The translations under genes and the position numbers were made by a program. Of a DNA stretch of 53,455 nucleotides, positions 49,219-53,455 are shown in pieces. The notes below the pieces were generated by a model that was not told the origin of the DNA, made no database searches, and was given only the letters and a program-made list of their open reading frames with translations. Numbering within the stretch: the first letter of the stretch is position 1; each line of letters opens with the position of its first letter. Source of the stretch: an uncultured Candidatus Saccharibacteria bacterium (GTDB taxonomy: Bacteria; Patescibacteriota; Minisyncoccia; Phycocordibacterales; JACOZG01); the NCBI GenBank assembly GCA_964546425.1, contig CAZJJW010000002.1:1-53455 (forward strand), read 5' to 3'.

Positions 49219-51747
49219 GTGTCATTTCTAGGTAAAATTTTCGGCGATAACAGCTCGCGTGATGTGAAGTCGGTCTTGCCGCTGGTGGAGCAAATTAACG
49301 CGCTGGAGCCGTCTTTCGAATCGCTCTCGCTCGAGGCCCTCAAGTCTAAAACGGTTGAACTTAAGGCCCGGTTAAGCCAGACCGAAACGCTTGACGACTT
49401 ACTGCCGGAAGCGTTTGCCGCCGTCCGCGAAGCGGCCAAGCGAACGCTCGGCCAGCGCCATTATGATGTGCAATTAATCGGCGGGATCTTGCTTCATCAA
49501 GGCAGGATTGCGGAAATGAAAACCGGTGAGGGTAAAACCTTGGTCTCAACCCTCGCCGCCTACTTAAACGCCCTCGAGAGCCAGGGTGTTCATGTGGTGA
49601 CCGTCAATGATTATTTGTCGCGCCGCGACGCCGTTTGGATGGGCCAAATTTACGCGGCCCTTGGTCTCTCGGTCGGCGTTATCAATCACGAATCGTCCTA
49701 TCTCTATGATCCGGCTCATGAGTCAGAAGATAAGGCGCGTGACGCCGAGGGCTCTTTTAGAATTTTCTACCAATTTTTAAAACCGTCAACTCGCCGTGAA
49801 GCTTATCAAGCCGATATTACTTATGGCACCAACAACGAATACGGTTTCGATTATTTGCGCGATAATTTGGCGCCTGATCCCAATGGCGTGGTTCAAATTT
49901 CTCTACCGACTCGGCCGCGTCACCACTTCGCCATTGTGGACGAGGTGGACTCGATTTTGATTGACGAGGCCCGGACGCCGCTCATTATCTCGGCGCCGGT
50001 GGCCGAATCGGAGAGTCTGTACCAGACTTTTGCCAGATTGGTGCGATCTTTTGCATCGCCGGCTGATTACGAGGTGGACGAAAAAACCAAATCAATTTCT
50101 CTGACCGAGGAAGGGATAAATCGGGCCGAAAAATCGCTCGGCGTCGAGAATATTTACACCGATAAAGGAATCAAATATGTTCACCATTTAGAAACGGCGG
50201 TGCGGGCCAAGGCGCTTTATGAACGGGATCGCAATTATGTGATCAAAGACGGTGAAATCATCATTGTGGATGAATTTACCGGTCGGCTCCAACCGGGCCG
50301 GCGCTGGTCGGAGGGCCTGCACCAGGCGATTGAAGCCAAGGAGGGTGTCGCCATTAAACAAGAATCACGGATTTTTGCCAGCATCACCTTTCAGAACTAT
50401 TTTAAACTTTACGGCAAAGTGGCGGGGATGACGGGGACGGCGCTCACTTCGGCCGAAGAGTTCCAGCGCGTTTACGGTTTGGACACGGTCGCCGTCCCGA
50501 CTCATCGGCCAAACCAGCGCCAAGATTTGAATGATTTAATTTACCAAACCGAGAAGGGCAAGTTGCAAGCGGCCACCAAGAAAATTAAAGAATTATATGA
50601 ACGTGGCCAACCGGTGCTGGTGGGCACGATTTCGATTGAGAAAAATGAATTGGTCTCGGCTTATTTAAATAAAGAGGGCATTCCCCACAAAGTTTTGAAC
50701 GCCAAGAATAATGAGGAAGAAGGCGCGATTATCGCCGCGGCCGGAAAAAAGGGCAGTGTGGTGATCGCCACCAACCTGGCCGGCCGCGGCGTTGATATCA
50801 AACTTGGCGGTGTGGGCGCCACAGCCGAAGATCAAGAAGCGGTGAAAGCGCTTGGCGGTTTGTTTGTGCTTGGCACCGAGCGGCATGAAGCGCGCCGGAT
50901 CGACAATCAGTTGCGCGGCCGCGCCGGGCGTCAAGGCGATCCGGGCGCGACCCAGTTTCTCGTTTCTTTCGACGACGATCTAGCCCGAGTGTTCGCGCCG
51001 GACAAGATTAAGGGTATGATGGGTCGTCTCGGTTTGCCGGAGGATGAGCCGATTGAAAATCGTTTGGTCTCGCGCGCCATCGAGAGCGCTCAAGCCAAAA
51101 TTGAGGGTCTAAACTTCGACGCCCGCAAGCATTTGCTCGATTACGACAATGTTTTAAATCACCAGCGCGGGGCGATTTATGCCAAGCGCCAGGCGATTTT
51201 GTTTGGCGACCGAGAAGCGCTGGGGGAGTTTTTAACAGGCCAACCAGAATTGGTCGAGGCGAAAAAGCAACAACTCGGCGAAGAAGTTTTTTGGCCGAGC
51301 GTGCGGCAGCTTATTTTGCAGATCATTGATCTCTATTGGGTGGATCATCTTGAGCTGATGGAGTATATGCGCGGCAGTGTTCGCCTGCGAGCTTACGGCC
51401 AGCGCGATCCCTTGATCGAATATAAGCGCGAAGGTTTGGCGATGTTTAAAACGATGGAAAGAAGCATGTTTGAAGAGACATTAAAACTTTTGCCGACTTT
51501 GGGCGTCACTCTTAAAGTTGAAGCCGCGGTTCCAATGAGGGAAGTCCACGAATCAGTCCGCTTGATAGGCCAGAGGCCTACCCCGACCAAACCGTCGGGG
51601 TTGGGTCTTTCATCCGGCGTCCCCAAGGTGGGACGAAATGAGCCCTGTCCATGCGGTAGCGGCAAAAAGTTCAAAAAATGTGGCCTGTTAAATACTGAAG
51701 CACACCAGCAAAATCTGGCTAAGATCGGGCATAAATTAACCACTTGA
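49219..51747 (+). CDS. secA: Preprotein translocase ATPase SecA
   Basis: N-terminus FLGKIFGDNSSRDVK, MKTGEGKTL (Walker A), DEVDSILIDEARTPLIIS, TNLAGRGVDIKLGG, C-terminal zinc motif CPCGSGKKFKKCG. GTG start. Confidence 0.95.
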   Translation: MSFLGKIFGDNSSRDVKSVLPLVEQINALEPSFESLSLEALKSKTVELKARLSQTETLDDLLPEAFAAVREAAKRTLGQRHYDVQLIGGILLHQGRIAEMKTGEGKTLVSTLAAYLNALESQGVHVVTVNDYLSRRDAVWMGQIYAALGLSVGVINHESSYLYDPAHESEDKARDAEGSFRIFYQFLKPSTRREAYQADITYGTNNEYGFDYLRDNLAPDPNGVVQISLPTRPRHHFAIVDEVDSILIDEARTPLIISAPVAESESLYQTFARLVRSFASPADYEVDEKTKSISLTEEGINRAEKSLGVENIYTDKGIKYVHHLETAVRAKALYERDRNYVIKDGEIIIVDEFTGRLQPGRRWSEGLHQAIEAKEGVAIKQESRIFASITFQNYFKLYGKVAGMTGTALTSAEEFQRVYGLDTVAVPTHRPNQRQDLNDLIYQTEKGKLQAATKKIKELYERGQPVLVGTISIEKNELVSAYLNKEGIPHKVLNAKNNEEEGAIIAAAGKKGSVVIATNLAGRGVDIKLGGVGATAEDQEAVKALGGLFVLGTERHEARRIDNQLRGRAGRQGDPGATQFLVSFDDDLARVFAPDKIKGMMGRLGLPEDEPIENRLVSRAIESAQAKIEGLNFDARKHLLDYDNVLNHQRGAIYAKRQAILFGDREALGEFLTGQPELVEAKKQQLGEEVFWPSVRQLILQIIDLYWVDHLELMEYMRGSVRLRAYGQRDPLIEYKREGLAMFKTMERSMFEETLKLLPTLGVTLKVEAAVPMREVHESVRLIGQRPTPTKPSGLGLSSGVPKVGRNEPCPCGSGKKFKKCGLLNTEAHQQNLAKIGHKLTT

Positions 51748-51772
51748 CATCCCAACCAAACGGGTGTATAAT
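51744..51772 (+). promoter_or_regulatory. Consensus sigma70 promoter
   Basis: TTGACA (51744-51749, overlapping the secA stop), exact 17-nt spacer, TATAAT (51767-51772). Confidence 0.7.
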
Positions 51773-51850
51773 GGTCAACGGAAGGTGAGGTATGGCCGTG
51801 TGGCCAGCTCACCCAAGTCCAGGACCTAAAACTAAGGAAAGGAAACTATC

Positions 51851-52165
51851 ATGGCTACGAAAGTGGTCGTGGCGGGGTCGTCCGGAGTGACGGCTTCGCA
51901 GCTCAAGAATCTCTCAGCCGATGACCTGAAGCGGCAGGGGACGGGCGGCGTGACGTTGCTGGAGCGCCTGCTCCACGAGTTCGTCTATCACAGCGAGACT
52001 GGCAAGCACTTGGACGTCAAGAAGGTCACTCTCTGCTCGGCTTCGCGTGGCTCGGACGGCAGCGTGCCGTGCGTCTGCTGGGGCTCCGTCTGCCACGGGG
52101 TCAGCGTCGGCGGGTGCAGCCCGGACTGCCGGAGCGACAGCCTGCGGGCTCGCGCAGTTTCCTAA
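51851..52165 (+). CDS. Uncharacterised 104-aa protein with Cys-rich C-terminal third
   Basis: SD AAGGAAAGGAAA ends about 6-7 nt before the ATG. C-terminal CSASRGSDGSVPCVCWGSVCHGVSVGGCSPDC (6 Cys, 1 His). No family recognised. Confidence 0.65.
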   Translation: MATKVVVAGSSGVTASQLKNLSADDLKRQGTGGVTLLERLLHEFVYHSETGKHLDVKKVTLCSASRGSDGSVPCVCWGSVCHGVSVGGCSPDCRSDSLRARAVS

Positions 52166-52193
52166 CCCCTGATCCTAAAATCTTGTACCCTCT

Positions 52194-52225
52194 GGCCCCA
52201 GACGATTGTCGTCTGGGGCCGTTTT
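52194..52225 (+). terminator. Rho-independent terminator
   Basis: Perfect 11-bp stem ggccccagacg/cgtctggggcc with loop attgt (52194-52220), followed by GTTTT. Confidence 0.8.
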
Positions 52226-52239
52226 GCCTCACGCAGAAA

Positions 52240-52443
52240 ATGATACCGTTTTATTGCTGGAGCGGGATTTTGGTAGCATTTTTTGCTAAGCTTAAACCAT
52301 TTTACGGTTCGGTGGAAAAGACGAGGCAGTACTTTTTATGGGTGCTGGTGGTGAGCTTGGTCGCTGTCGTTTTGCCAGCCATCGGCCTCATTTTCGCCAT
52401 CCCGCAGTTCTTGGGCTTGTATCAGACTATCGGTAATTTGTAG
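52240..52443 (+). CDS. Possible 67-aa two-helix membrane protein
   Basis: Distal part of track ORF 52069..52443, starting at ATG 52240 just after the terminator. Two hydrophobic segments (ILVAFFAKL; LWVLVVSLVAVVLPAIGLIFAI). No SD and no homology recognised. Confidence 0.3.
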   Translation: MIPFYCWSGILVAFFAKLKPFYGSVEKTRQYFLWVLVVSLVAVVLPAIGLIFAIPQFLGLYQTIGNL

Positions 52444-52448
52444 ACTTC

Positions 52449-52457
52449 TGGTATAAT
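52449..52457 (+). promoter_or_regulatory. Extended -10 element (TGgTATAAT)
   Basis: Ends 12 nt before ATG 52470. Confidence 0.45.
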
Positions 52458-52469
52458 TAGATCAGACCG

Positions 52470-53455
52470 ATGGAGAAGATTAAAACAGTTTTCATTAACT
52501 GCTGTCAAAATTTTTCCGTCGTCTGCTTCTGGCTCGTTATTCTCACGGGCCTCTTGATTGTGCCCAGCCATGTTAACGCCGCGCCCAATCTTCAGATTAA
52601 TTATCAAGCTAAACTGACGGATACGAGCAGTGTGCCGGTCACCGACGGCACCTACACCGTCGTTTTCAAACTTTACACGGCCGCCAGCGGCGGCACGGCG
52701 CTCTGGACGGAGACAGATAGTGTTGGAACCACTAACGGCTTGTTTTCGGTCATGCTTGGTGCCACGACCGCCCTAACTTCCGTGAGTTTTGACCAGACAT
52801 TATATCTTGGGGTTAAGGTTGGTACTGATAGCGAGATGACCCCCCGCAAGATTCTCGGCACAGTGCCGGCCGCTTTTGAAGCCGACAAACTTGATGGACT
52901 CACCAGTGTGGATTTTTTTCGAATTAACCAGACCAACGCCACCTCAAGCGCCACCACGACGCTCTCGGTTAAGCAATCCGGTACCGGCCCGATCATGGAA
53001 CTGTGGGACGGCGGCACCTCGGTGCTGAAAGTGTTGGACGGCGGTTTAATCGGCATCGGCACGACCACGCCCGTTTCCACCCTCTCGATTCAGGGTTCAC
53101 TTTGCGTCCGCGACACCGGCTCGTGCGGCACGGCGGCGGGCACGATTTATGCCACTACTGGTTCGATTAGCGACATTGACTTAGCCGAGAATTATACCAC
53201 GACCGATCGTACCCTGGTGGCCGGCGAGGTGGTAGCCGTCGATCCCGCTTCGCCGGTTTCGGTGAAGCGCGCCGCGACTGGCGATCTGCTTATTGGTATT
53301 GTCTCGACCAAGCCCGGTCTCCTGCTCGGTCGTGAAATTTCCGACAGCGTGCCGGTGGTGCTCGCCGGCCGCGTGCCGGTGAGAGTCAATAACGAAGGCG
53401 GCGCCATCAAGATCGGCGATCGGCTCGGGCTGTCGTCAGTACCGGGCGTGGCGAC
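52470..53455 (+). CDS. Secreted/surface protein, N-terminal 328 codons (3' end outside window)
   Basis: Absent from the ORF track because no stop is reached; I translated it by hand and found no stop up to the window end. Signal/anchor VVCFWLVILTGLLIVPSHVNA|AP. The module TDGTYTVVFKLYTAASGGTALWTETDSVGTTNGLFSVMLG is common at the N-terminus of tail-fibre-like surface proteins. Confidence 0.7.
   Translation, partial: MEKIKTVFINCCQNFSVVCFWLVILTGLLIVPSHVNAAPNLQINYQAKLTDTSSVPVTDGTYTVVFKLYTAASGGTALWTETDSVGTTNGLFSVMLGATTALTSVSFDQTLYLGVKVGTDSEMTPRKILGTVPAAFEADKLDGLTSVDFFRINQTNATSSATTTLSVKQSGTGPIMELWDGGTSVLKVLDGGLIGIGTTTPVSTLSIQGSLCVRDTGSCGTAAGTIYATTGSISDIDLAENYTTTDRTLVAGEVVAVDPASPVSVKRAATGDLLIGIVSTKPGLLLGREISDSVPVVLAGRVPVRVNNEGGAIKIGDRLGLSSVPGVA

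Noticed and set aside
51851-52165. Cys-rich gene as a high-GC foreign insertion
   Set aside because: Its G+C (about 64 % in the first 50 nt) is similar to sampled secA lines (65-67 %), so composition does not mark it as foreign.
52069-52443. Full 124-aa track ORF
   Set aside because: Its first half overlaps the 104-aa gene in another frame and crosses a strong terminator. Only the distal part from ATG 52240 is retained, at low confidence.

Overview
Gene-dense bacterial window with about 47 credible CDS, many 4-nt start/stop overlaps and few Shine-Dalgarno sites. The style resembles a small-genome uncultivated lineage (Patescibacteria/CPR-like), but this is inference because no rRNA or tRNA is present to confirm it. 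Nt 1.3-47.9 kb reads as one very large cell-surface glycan locus. It holds at least 11 glycosyltransferases (GT4, GT2, GT9, GT-C) and 7 SAM methyltransferases. It also holds a GDP-mannose diversification set: two Gmd paralogues, Fcl, GDP-mannose 3,5-epimerase and a TylC3-type C-methyltransferase. Export and assembly genes are a Wzm/Wzt ABC exporter, GtrA plus an ArnT/PMT-like GT-C enzyme, and two O-antigen-ligase(Wzy_C)-TPR paralogues. A keto-deoxy-ulosonic (sialic/KDN-like) acid module comprises a NeuB-like synthase, a KdsC-like phosphatase, two cytidylyltransferases, two aminotransferases, a fused transketolase and two paralogous HP-motif proteins of unknown family. The most unusual segment interrupts the locus at 22.3-28.6 kb. 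There a B12-binding radical-SAM gene is framed by an inverted, diverged duplication of uncharacterised genes: small protein A in two copies, protein B plus a frameshifted remnant, and GT-B-like protein C plus a 43-codon remnant. These genes have strong SD sites and their own terminators. The right end carries a G10 tract inside a promoter spacer upstream of a secreted Ser/Thr-rich protein, two perfect DnaA boxes, a 0.4-kb hairpin-dense non-coding interval and a 16-codon polybasic mini-gene. It then carries secA, a Cys-rich small gene with a consensus promoter, and a surface protein truncated by the window edge. The left end is the 3' part of a T4SS coupling-protein-like ATPase. No rRNA, tRNA, CRISPR array, transposase or integrase was seen. 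All calls rest on motif recognition by eye and hand-counted coordinates; no database search was possible.
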